A stretch of 64,000 nt of DNA from the human T2T-CHM13v2.0 reference genome, Homo sapiens: the NCBI RefSeq assembly GCF_009914755.1, contig NC_060933.1; one strand, given 5' to 3'. The stretch's first letter is position 1, and the number at the start of each line of letters is the position of its first letter. The notes beneath the pieces were generated by a model, which searched no databases, had not been told where the DNA came from, and saw nothing but the letters and a program-made list of their open reading frames with translations. The position numbers and the translations under genes are program-made. Shown here in pieces: positions 12,170 through 27,617 of this stretch.

Positions 12170-15100
12170 TTATTCTCCAAAATGGTGGATTAGAGGCTTT
12201 TAGTGTGTCTCTGCCACTTGGAAATAGCAAGATAGTACATAATGATTAACTCTGTGAGCTTTAATTTAAGAAGGAAAATGGAAATCCACTATAATCATGA
12301 AAGCCTCCCCAGATCCTGGGGAGGAGAATGTAAGCAAACAGCACCCATGACAGTGTCTGGATGACAAAAATGAGTGAAGCCCTAACGCATGAGAGAGGCA
12401 GAGAGCCTCCCTCTGTGACTCACCTTCCCACTGGAGATCTCAACAACCCAGGCCAAATGAAACCACTTTGTTTCTCCCAAGCCCTGGAGCTAATTTGGGA
12501 AGAGGCTTAGAGAAGCCATGAGAGAAAGACACCAGGAAAAGTTGCAGGCATTTTCCCAGACCTAGGATTGAGAACAGGATGCCATTTTTAATCTGGGCAC
12601 ATACAAAGTCAGTCATTCCTTGTCAACCTGGCAGCATAGCTGTGTAAGCATTTTAGTTTTGGGCCAGAGATTGGAGTACTTTCTCTGGAGTGAGAGAGGG
12701 GCCTCCACAGCCAGAATTGTGAAAAACACTTCAGCAGTAGGCACTGGAATTGTGCTTTCCTCCATCACCAGTCTGGGACAGGAGACGAGCTGGTACAGAC
12801 ACAGTTTTTCCTGGATGATGAAACTTGCAGCCAAGCCAGCTTGGCAACCTGGAATCGGTCTGCATATATCATTGCTGGGTGTCCCAATCTGCTCCCCTTA
12901 GATTGTGCTGCAGCAGGGTCCTTTCTGCTCCATGCCCAGGCAGAATCCCAGGCGTTCAGAGCACCCGCTCCCATGAACTAGCAACCTGAGCTGCCCCACT
13001 CCACCCTTTCTGTGCAGAGATCCGCATGCAGAGGGGCCTTCCCCACTTCAAGCTCAGGCGGATCCTCAGGCATCCAGAGCACCTGCTTACCTGCTTCAGC
13101 AGCCTGAGACATCCCACCCTTCCTGGACATAGATTGTGGTATAGCGTAGCCCTCTACACTACATGCCCAGGAAGAGCTCCCTGTATCCAAAGCAACTGCT
13201 TGTCTGGATTGTCAGCCTGAGTTGTCCCACTCTTCCTGTGCAGAGATCATGGTGGAGCAGGGTCTTCTCTGCTTCATGCCCAGGCAGATCTCTAGGCATT
13301 CAGAGCACCTGCTCACCTGGATCACCTCACCTCCCTTTTCCTGATAATAGATTCTGGTGCAGGGGACCCCTCTGCCCCTGGCTCACCTCACCCCACTCTT
13401 CCTGAGAAGAGATTCTGGTACAGGGGGGCCCACTCCACTTTATGCTCAGGCAGATCCTTAGGCATTTGGAGTACCTGCACACCTGGTTGAGCAACCTAAG
13501 CTGTCTCACCTTCCTGGGTGTAGATCATGGTACTGTGGGACCCACTCTGCTCCAACCCGTACTGATCTCCAGGCATTCAGGACACCCTGCTCACCTGAAC
13601 CAGCTGCCTGAGCTGTCCCTCCCTTCCTGTGCAGAGATTGTAGTGCAGTGGGGACCTATCAGCTCCACTCCCAAGTAGATCTCCAGGCTTCTGGGGCACA
13701 CACTCTCCTGCATTAGGAGCTTAGGCTGCCCCCTTCCCTGTGCAGAGAACTTGGGATTGAGGAGGTTTCCCAGCTCCATGCCTAGGCATACATCTGGGCA
13801 CTTGGTGGTCACTCACTAATTCTTCCTTGGCATTGGTGCTTGTACCTGCCACTGGGGGACCTGTAAGTGGGCCTACCTCACATGGCCCTTCCCATCTTGC
13901 CCCCTCACCCAGGCTGAGCAGTGAGCTCATACCCCTCTGTACTCCATGGATCAGGCCATTGCATGCAGCAACAGAGAGCTTCTCCCAGTAAACAGTGATC
14001 AAGTGTATACCCAGTGCCGTATACTTATGAGTAGAAGGTTTTTACTCGTAAGTGTCATCTACTGGCTTGTGGGTCACATCTCACATCCCAATATAAAATA
14101 TGCTGATAGAAGTGCATAGAGCTATAGAAGCAAAGCCAAAAGACCCTACCCAACATTCTCTACAGTCACACCTCCTAGGTAGGGGGTAAAGAAAAAGAGA
14201 ACAAAAGAAATAATAATACAGAGAAAGAGAGAAAAAAATCCTACCTACATGAAAATAAGTACAAAAATTAGAAGGGCCAGCATCTCCAGATGAGAAGGAA
14301 CAAGTCCAAGAATTCTGGCACCATGATAAATCTGAATACAGTGACACCACCAAAGAATCACACCAGCTCTCCAGAATGGTTCATAACCAAAATGAAAACT
14401 AAGAAATGACAGAAAAAGAATTGAAAGCATGGACTGTAAGAAAGCTCAATGAGATCCAAGACAAGGTTAAAATCAACACAAAGAAACTTCTAAAGCAATG
14501 TGGGGAATGAAAGACGATATAAACATCTTAAAAATAAATCAATAGGAGCTTCTCGAATTGAAAAATGTACTTAAGGAATTTCAAAATACAGTAGAAAGAT
14601 TTATCAGTAGACTGGACCAAGCAAAATAAAGAATTTCAGAGCTTGAAGATGGGTCTTTCAAACTAATGTAGTCAGATAAAAATGAAAAAAAAATTCAACA
14701 AATGAACAGCCTTTAAGAAATATGGGATTATGTAGAGAAACCAAACCTACAAATTGTTGGCATTCCTGAGAGAGAAGAAGAAAATGTAAACAACATGGCA
14801 AAGACTTCTGAAGGAATAATTCAGGAAAATTTCCTTTACCTTGCTGGAGAGGTAGACATCCAGATACAAGACATCCAGATACCACCTGCCAGATACTATA
14901 CAAAATACACATCACCAATGCATATGGTTACCAGACTTTCCAAAGTCAACACTAAAGAAAAAGCCTTAAAGGCACCTAGAGAAAAAAGTCAAATCATGTA
15001 CACAGGATACCTCATCAGGCTAACAGTGGATCTCACAGCAGAAACCTTGTGAGGCAGGAGAGATTAGGGGTCTATTTTCAGCATTCTGCAAGAAAATAAT

Positions 15101-18100
15101 TTATAATCAAGACTCTCATATCCTGCCAAACTAAGCTTCAGAGGAGAAGGAGAAATGAAATCTTTTCCAGACAAGCAAGTACTAAGAGAATTTGTTACCA
15201 CTTGACCAGCCTTACAAGAGATTATTAAGGAAGTTCTAAACATGAAAATGAAAGAATGATACCAGCTACCATAAAAGCATACTTCAGTACATAATAACCC
15301 GCAGACCCTATAAAGCCACCAAACAATAGAAACTATAAAGCAATGAGTTAACTTCATGATGAGATTAAAACCTCACATATCAATATTAAACTCAACTATA
15401 AATGAGCTAAATGCCACCACTTAAAAGCACAAAGTGGCAACTTAGCAAATTGAATTATTAAAAAAAAAAAGACCCATCCAATACGGGTCTTCAAGAGAAC
15501 CCTCTCACACGTAGCAACCCCCATAGGCTCAAAGCAAAGGATCAGAGAAGATCACTCAAATGGAATACAAAAAAGAACTGGGGCTTCTATTCTTACATCA
15601 GATAAAACGAACTTTAAACCAACAACAGTACCAAAGGACAAAAAAGAACATTACACAACAAGAAGACTTAACTATCCTAAATATATATACACCCAACATT
15701 GGAGAAAATTAATAAAGCAAGTACTTCCAGACCTATGAAAAGGCTGAGACAACTATACAATAATAGTGGGGGGCTTCAACCCCCTACTTATTGTGTTAGG
15801 ACATTGAGGCAGAAAACTAGCAAAAAATTCTAAATTTTGACACGACCAATTGGACCAAATAGATATTTACAGAATACACCACCCATCAACCACAAAATAT
15901 ACATTATTCTCACCTGCGCACAGAACATACTCCAAGATCAACCTCATTCTTTGCCATAAAGCAAGTCTTAATAATTTTTTTAACAAAAGCAAAATCATAG
16001 CAATAATACTCTCAGACCATAGAAGTATAGAAATCAATACCAAGAAGTTATCCCGAAACCCACAATTACATGAATTTAAACAATTTATACCTGAATGACC
16101 TTTGGGTAAACAATGAAATTAAAGCAGAAAGCAAAGAAAAAAAATTGAAATAATTGAAAACAGGGACTCTACATAGTGAAATCTCCGGGATGCAAAAAAA
16201 TCAGTGTTAAGACTAATGCTCGCAGTGATAAATGTCTACCTCAAAAAGTTAGAAAGACCTCTTATGAATAATCTATTATCACACCTACAGGAACTAGAAA
16301 AAAACAGAACAAACCAGCTCCAAAGCTAGCAGAAGATAATAACTAAAATCGCAGCAGCACTAAACAAAATGAGACCCCAAAATCCATACAAAGAACTGAC
16401 AAAACCAAAAGTTGATTATTTGAAATGATAAACAAGGTATATAGACTGTTAGCTAGATTAACAACAACAACAAAAAGAAGACCCAAATAACTACAATGAG
16501 AAATGTTGGAGACATTACAATTGATCCCACAGAAATACAAAAGATCCTCGGAAACTATTGTAAATGCTTCCATTGACACAAACTAGAAAATCCAAAGGGA
16601 ATGGATAAATTCCTGAAAACACACCATCTCCCATGATTGAATCAGGAAGAAATTGAAGCCTTGAACAGACCAATATTGAGTTCTGAAATTGAATCAGTAA
16701 CAGAAAACTGCCAGCCACAAAAAGCCCCAGTCCAGATAGATTTACAGCTGAATTTTACCAGATATACAAAAAGGAACTGGTACCAATTCTGAAACAATTT
16801 CAAAAAATGAAAGAGAGGAGCTCCTCACTAACTCATTCTACTAAGCCAGCATCACCCTGCCAATAAAACCTAGAAAAGACACACAAAAAAAGGAAAACTA
16901 CAAGCCAATATCCTTGGTGAAGATAGATGCAAAAAGTCTGAACAAAACATTAGCAAACCAAACAAGCAGCAGCACATCAAAAAGTTAATCCATCACAATC
17001 AAGCAAGCTCCATTCTTGAGATCCAAGGTTGGTTCAACATACGCAAATCAATAAATGTGATTCACCACATAAACAGAATTAAGAACAAAATCATATAATT
17101 ATGCCAATAGACAGAGAAAAGGGTTTCAATAAAATTCAACATCCCTTCAGAATAAAAAGCTCAACCAACTAGGCATCAGAGGAAAATTCTCTACAATATT
17201 AAAAGCTATCTATGACAAACCCACAGTTAACATCATACTGAATGGGGCAAAGCTGGAATGATTCCCCATGAGAACTGCAATAAGACAAGAATGTTCACTC
17301 TCACCACTCCTATTCAACATGGTACTGGAAGTCCTAGTCAAAGCAATTGGGGAATAAAAAGAAATAAAATACATCTAAATAAGAAAAGAAAAAGTCGAAC
17401 TATCTCTCTTAACTGATGATATGATTCCATACCTAGAAAACCCATTTAGAAAATCCACCAAAATGATCCTGGAACTGATAAATGACTTTAGTAAAGTTTC
17501 AGGATATAAAATCAATATACAAAAATAACTAGTATTTCTATACACCAATAATATTCAAGATAAGAATAAAGTTTAAAATGCAGTCCCATTTACAATAGCC
17601 AAAAATGTATGTAATGTCTAGGAATACAACCAACCAAGGAGATGAAAGATCTCTACAAGGAGAGATCTGCTGGAAAAAATCATGGATGACAAAACAAATG
17701 GAAAGACATTCCATGTGTATTGATTGGATAATCAACATTGATAAAATTATCATACCACCCAAATCATTCTATAGATTCCTATCAAACTACCAATGTCATT
17801 TTTCACAGAGCTAGAAAAAACTATTCTAAAATTCATATGGAACAAAAATAGACAAATAGCCAAAGCAACCCTAAGCAAAAAGGACAAAGCTGGAAACATC
17901 ACGTTACCCGACTTCAAACTATACTCTAATACTATAGTAACCAAAAGAGCATGATACTGGTACAAAAACAGACACATAGAAAAATGGAACAGAATAGAAA
18001 ACTGAGAAATAAAGTCACACACCTACATCTATCTGATCTTCCACAAGTCAACAAAAATGAGCAATGGGGAAAGAACCCTCTATTCAATAAATGCTGCAGA

Positions 18101-19305
18101 GGAATGAAACTGGATCCTTACTCTTAACCATATACAAGAATTAACTCAAAGTAGATTAAAGATTTAAATTTAAGACTTCAAACTATAGGAATCCTAGAAG
18201 AAAACATAGGCAGGAACACAATTCTGGACACTGGTCTTAGGAAAGAATTCATAACCAAGTTCTCAAAAAAAAAACTGCAACAAAAATAAATATTGACCAG
18301 TAGGACTTAAACTAAAGAACTTCTGCACGGCAAAAGAACCTGTTAGCAAAGTAAATAGATAACCTACAGAATGGTATAAAATATTCATAAACTATGCATC
18401 AAACAAAAGTCTGATATCCAGAGTCTCTAAGGAGCTTAAACAATTGAACAAGCAAAAAACAAATAATCCTATTAAAAAGTGAGCAAAAGACATGAGAAAA
18501 CTCATCTCAAAAGAGGATATACAAGGGGCCAACAAACAGGAAAAAATGCTCAACATCACTAATCATCTGAGAATGCAAATCAAAACACACTGAGATACCA
18601 TCTCACACCAGTCAGAAGGGCTATTATTAAAAACTCAAAAATCAACAGATGTTGGTGAGGCTGTGCAGAAAAGGGAATGCTTATGGCTGTCGATGGGAAT
18701 GTAAATTAGTTCAACCACTGTGGAAAGCAGTTTGGAGATTTCTCAAAGAACTTAAAACTACCATTCAACACAGCAATCTCATTACTAGGTATATATCCAA
18801 CAGAAAATAAGTTTTTCGACGAAAAAGACACATACACTTATGTCTTCACTGTAGCACTATTCACAATAGCAAAGACATGGAATCAACCTGGATGCCCATC
18901 AATGGTAGTATGCATATACCATGGAATACTATGCAGTCATAAAAAAAAACAAAATCATGTCCTCTGCAGCCACATGGAGTGGCTGGAGGCCATTATCCTA
19001 AGTGAATTAATACAGGAATAGAGAGCCAAATACTGCATATTTTTACTCAAAAATAGGAGGTAAATATTGGGCACTCATGGACATAAGAACAGCAGCAATA
19101 GACACTGGGAACCCTATTGGTGGAAGTAGGAGAAGGGGGCAAGGATTGAAAAACTATTGGATACTATGTTACTACCTGGGTGATGGGATAAATTGTACCC
19201 CAAACCCCAGTATCACGCAATATACCCATGTAGCAAACCTGCCCATGTACTCCAGAATCTAAAATAAAAATTGGAATTTAATAATAATAACAATAATAAA
19301 ATATT
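12170..19305 (+). mobile_element. Full-length, inactive L1PA15/16-type LINE-1
   Basis: 5' ccaaaatggtgg start; ~2.1-kb 5'UTR with internal tandem array. ORF1 remnant ~14290-15295 (IIQENF..LAGEVDIQIQ...IRLTVDLTAETL). ORF2 remnant ~15356-19060 with many stops and indels. L1PA16-like 3'UTR (aatagacactggg...gtaccccaaaccccagtatcacgcaatatacccatgt...ctaaaataaaa). Confidence 0.9.
12900..13815 (+). repeat. Degenerate tandem array, ~8-9 units of ~112 bp, in the L1 5'UTR
   Basis: Recurrent unit agat(t/c)ntggtgcag...c(c/t)caggcagatctccaggcattcagagcacctgctcacctg...cttcctgtgcag. Units start near 12900, 13017, 13130, 13243, 13348 (short), 13409, 13521, 13634 and 13746. Confidence 0.85.
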
Positions 19306-19985
19306 AACCTCTCCTCCCCACCAAAAAAGAAAAGTGGATCTCTAGGTAGCTTCCCTTTGAGTCAAGTGGGTTAGAGTCACAAAATCACCAGATATCTAGG
19401 CATCAGCTTCCCTGGGCTGCAGACTAGCCCAAACACTCACAATGTAGTACCTGCCCTCATGAATCCTATTCCCTAGAGAAAAAGTCAGACTTTAAACACT
19501 TTATTACTGTAGACACAGTGCAATGGAAGTGGGAAGGAGAAAACAGCTATGTTTAGTGGAATGAGATGAGATGAGGAAGAGGAAGAGATTTACAGGGGAA
19601 GCAATAAGTAAAGTTTCTGAGCATGCAACATTCACTAGAAAGATAAGCAGAAGGCAGGATTCATGGCACAGACCACACCACAATAGAGGTAAGGTGGGAT
19701 GAAGTGTGAGCCTCCATGCTTAGAAACCAAGTGACTGCAGCTTGGTAAGCAGGTGGGGAAAGAGTGACAATTGAGGCTGGACAGGAACCAGATCACAAAC
19801 CATAGTACTGTGAGAGCTAAAGATAAGATATAATAAATCTAACAATTTTAAAGTGTTTCCAAAAATTATCAAGCACACAGAAATGCTAGTTAACCCACAA
19901 AAAATGTACCTTCGTTAAAATCACATCGCTGAATGAGACTTTTCTCATTCACCATTTAACTACTTAGAAAAATGGTTGTAATATC

Positions 19986-20699
19986 ATCACACCAGTTAAA
20001 ATGGCAATCATTAAAAAGTCAGGAAACTACAGATGCTGGAGAGGATGTGGAGAAATAGAAACACTTTTACATTGTTGGTGGGAGTGTAAATTAGTTCAAC
20101 CATTGTACAAGACAGTGTGGTGATTCCTCAAGGATCCAGAACCAGAAATACCATTTGACCCAGTAATCCCATTACTGGGTGTATACCCAAAGGATTATAA
20201 ATCATGCTACTATAAAGACACATGCAAGTGTATGTTTATTATGGCACTATTTACAATAGCAAAGACTCGGAACCAACCCAAATGTCCGTCAGCAATAGAC
20301 TGGGTAAAGAAAATATGGCACATATACACCACAGAATACTATGCAGCCATAAAAATGGATGAGTTCATGTCCTTTGCAGGGACATGGATGAAGCTGGAAA
20401 CCATCATTCTCAGCAAACTAACACAGGAACAGAAAACCAAACACTGCATGTTCTCACTCATAAGTGGGAGTCGAACAATGAGAACACATGGACACAGGGA
20501 GGGGAACATCACACACTGGGGCCTGTTGGGAGCTGGGGGGAAAGGGGAGGGATAGCATTAGAAGAAATACCTAATGTAGATGACAGGTTGATGGGTGCAG
20601 GAAACCACCATGGCACGTGAATACTTATGTAACAAACCTGCATGTTCTGCACATGTATCCCAGAACTTAAAGTATAACAAAAAATAAATAAAATAAAAT
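19986..20699 (+). mobile_element. 5'-truncated L1PA7-like 3' fragment
   Basis: ORF2 C-terminus (WMKLETIILSKLTQEQKTKH); 3'UTR gatagcattagaagaaatacctaatgtagatgacaggttgatggg; A-rich tail. Perfect 16-bp TSD aaatggttgtaatatc at 19970-19985 and 20700-20715. Confidence 0.93.
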
Positions 20700-21147
20700 A
20701 AATGGTTGTAATATCTATCCCTGGGACCTCCTAGTTCTCAAGGATCCAAAGATGTACCTTTGGCAAAGATATTCCAACTTTTCCTCTGACACAGAAACCC
20801 ATGAAATAAATGATTCAGTAGAACTTCATCAAAGAAGAGCAGGAAAATGTCCCTTGATCAGGAGATTGATTAAATATGTTAGGGTACATTTTTAAATGTC
20901 ATACTCATTGCAGTTAAAATGAATGAGAGGCTCTTTACACACTTTTGCAAAGATGATCAAAATAACTTGCTAAATGAAGAGGTAGATTGAAGAATACTAA
21001 GTGCAGTGGAAATATACCAAAATATTATTATAGCTTTCTCAAAGGAGTATGATGGAATATATATATGTGTATATATATATATAAAATATAAGCTCATTGT
21101 GAAAACAAAACAAAAATATATAAAGTGAAAAATGAAATTTCTGTCTA

Positions 21148-21446
<299 letters not shown>

Positions 21447-21796
21447 GAGCTTATATTATTTTGTATTTTAAGTCTCCCCCCAGGAAAACCACAACAGACA
21501 AATGGAATAGGAAGGAGAAGCAGGAAGGATCAAGGTGAGATATTCACAAAAACCTTCTGCTTGAAATTCTTTTTTTTAAAATTGCATTATTAATATACTT
21601 TAAGTTTTAGGGTACATGTGCACAATGTGCAGGTTTGTTACATATGTATACATGTGCCATGTTGGTGTGCTGTACCCATTAACTCATGATTTAGCATTAG
21701 GTATATCTCCTAATGCTATCCCTCCCCCCTCCCCCCACCCCACAACAGGCCCTGGTGTGTGATGTTCCCCTTCCTGTGTCCATGTGTTCTCATTGT

Positions 21797-25607
<3,811 letters not shown>

Positions 25608-25655
25608 TTATTTTGCTCATTAGTTGATGCAGTTTCTTCCTAGCCTTGATGGTCT

Positions 25656-26672
25656 TTACAATTTGGCATGTTTTTGCACTGGCTGGTACCGGTTTTTCCT
25701 TTCCATGTTTAGTGCTTCCTTCAGGAGCTGTTTTAGGGCAGGCCTGGTGGTGACAAAATCTCTCAGCATTTGCTTGTCTGTAAAGTATTTTATTTCTCCT
25801 TCACTTATGAAGCTTAGTTTGGCTGGATATGAAATTCTGGGTTGAAAATTCTTTTCTTTAAGAATGTTGAATATTGGTCCCCACTCTCTTCTGGCTTGTA
25901 GAGTTTCTGCCGAGAGAGCAGCTGTTAGTCTGATGGGCTTCCCTTTGTGGGTAACCCGACCTTTCTCTCTGGCTGTCCTTAACATTTTTTCCTTCATTTC
26001 AACTTTGGTGAATCTGACAATTATGTATCTTGGAGTTGCTCTTCTCGAGGCGTATCTTTGTGGCGTTCTCCGTATTTCCTGAATCTGAATTTTGGCCTGC
26101 CTTACTAGATTGGGGAAGTTCTCCTGGATAATATCCTGCAGAGTGCTTTCCAACTTGGTTCCATTCTCCCTGTCACTTTCAGGTATGCCAATCAGACATA
26201 GATTTGGTCTTTTCACCTAGTCCCATATTTCTTGGAGGCTTTGTTCATTTCTTTTTATTCTTTTTTCTCTAAACTTCTCTTCTCGCTTCATTTCATTCAT
26301 TTCGTCTTCCATCACTGACACCCTTTCTTCTAGTTGATCACATTGGCTACTGAGGCTTCTGCATTCGTCACGTAGCTCTCATGCCTTGGTTTTCAGCTCC
26401 ATCAGGTCCTTTAAGGACTTCTCTGCGTTGGTTATTCTAGTTATCCATTCGTCTAATTTTTTTTCAAACCTTTTAACTACTTTGCCATTGGTTCAAATTT
26501 CCTCCTGTAGCTCGGAGTAGTTTGATCATCTGAAGCCTTCTTCTCTCAGCTTGTCAAAGTCATTCTCCATCCAGCTTTGTTCCGTTGCTGGTGAGGAGCT
26601 GCGTTCCATTGGAGGAGGAGAGGCGCTCTGAGTTTTAGAGTTTCCAGTTTTTCTGCTCTGTTTTTTTCCCAT
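25656..26672 (-). pseudogene. L1 ORF1 (ORF1p), disrupted
   Basis: ATG at 26672 to stop at 25656 is 1017 bp (338 codons, canonical length). At least three in-frame stops: two TGA codons consistent with CGA>TGA near 26527 and 26486, and TAT>TAG near 26218. Confidence 0.92.
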
Positions 26673-27571
26673 CTTTGTGGTTTTATCTACCTTTGGTCTT
26701 TGATGATGGTGATGTACAGATGGGTTTTTGGTGTGGATGTCCTTTCTGCTTATTAGTTTTCCTTCTAACAGACATGACCCTCAGCTGCAGGTCTGTTGGA
26801 GTTTGCTAGAGGTCCACTCCAGACCCTGTTTGCCTGGGTATCAGCAGCAGTGGCTGCAGAACAGTGGATATTGGTGAACTTCAAATGCTGCTGCCTGACT
26901 GTTCCTCTGGAAGTTTTGTCTCAGAGGAGTACCCGGCCATGTGAGGTGTCAGTCCACCCCTACTGGGGGGTGCCTCCCAATTAGGCTACTTGGGGGTCAG
27001 GGACCCACTTGAGAAGGCAGTCTGCCCTTTCTCAGATCTCAAGCTGCATGCTAGGAGAACGACTACTCTCTTCAAAGCTCAGTTGGAAATGCAGAAATCA
27101 CCCATCTTCTGTGTCGCTCACGCTGGGAGCTGTAGACTGGAGCTGTTCCTATTCGGCCATCTTGGCTCCTCCTTCCCTGCTTGAAATTCTTTTGATGCCA
27201 TTATCTCAATCAATCATTAGGCAAATTGCTTGGTTAATTATTTTTTATTGACTTGATGTAATGCTTGGCTAAACTGATCCAATTGCCTGGTTGTTTTGGA
27301 TCCAGAGTAATAGAACCCACGTTGTTTTTTGTTTGTTTTCTTTTGCCCCCCCCCCCCACTTTATTTTCTTTTTCTAGGTTTCTCTTCATCCATTTTCCTG
27401 TCATAGGACTTCACTGATAGAAAGAAGACTGCTCAGTTTTTGAATTTATGTTTCGAAGAATTAATTGGGGTGGGTATGTGGGGATAGGTGCTGAGGTCCT
27501 GTGGATCTGTGAAGTGTTAAAGGGTAGGATGGGGAAGAACAAAGATTTCCTGAGTGTTTAGTGTGAATTAC

Positions 27572-27617
27572 TACGTTGGTGCAAAAGTAATTGCTGTTTG
27601 GGGCATTGAAAGTAATG
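27572..27617. mobile_element. Partial MADE1 (Hsmar1-derived MITE)
   Basis: tacgttggtgcaaaagtaattgctgtttggggcattgaaagtaatg: one diverged TIR plus the spacer. Confidence 0.75.

Noticed and set aside
12900-13815. Repeat array as CRISPR-like or coding repeat
   Set aside because: Units are contiguous and diverged with no unique spacers, inside a mammalian L1 5'UTR.
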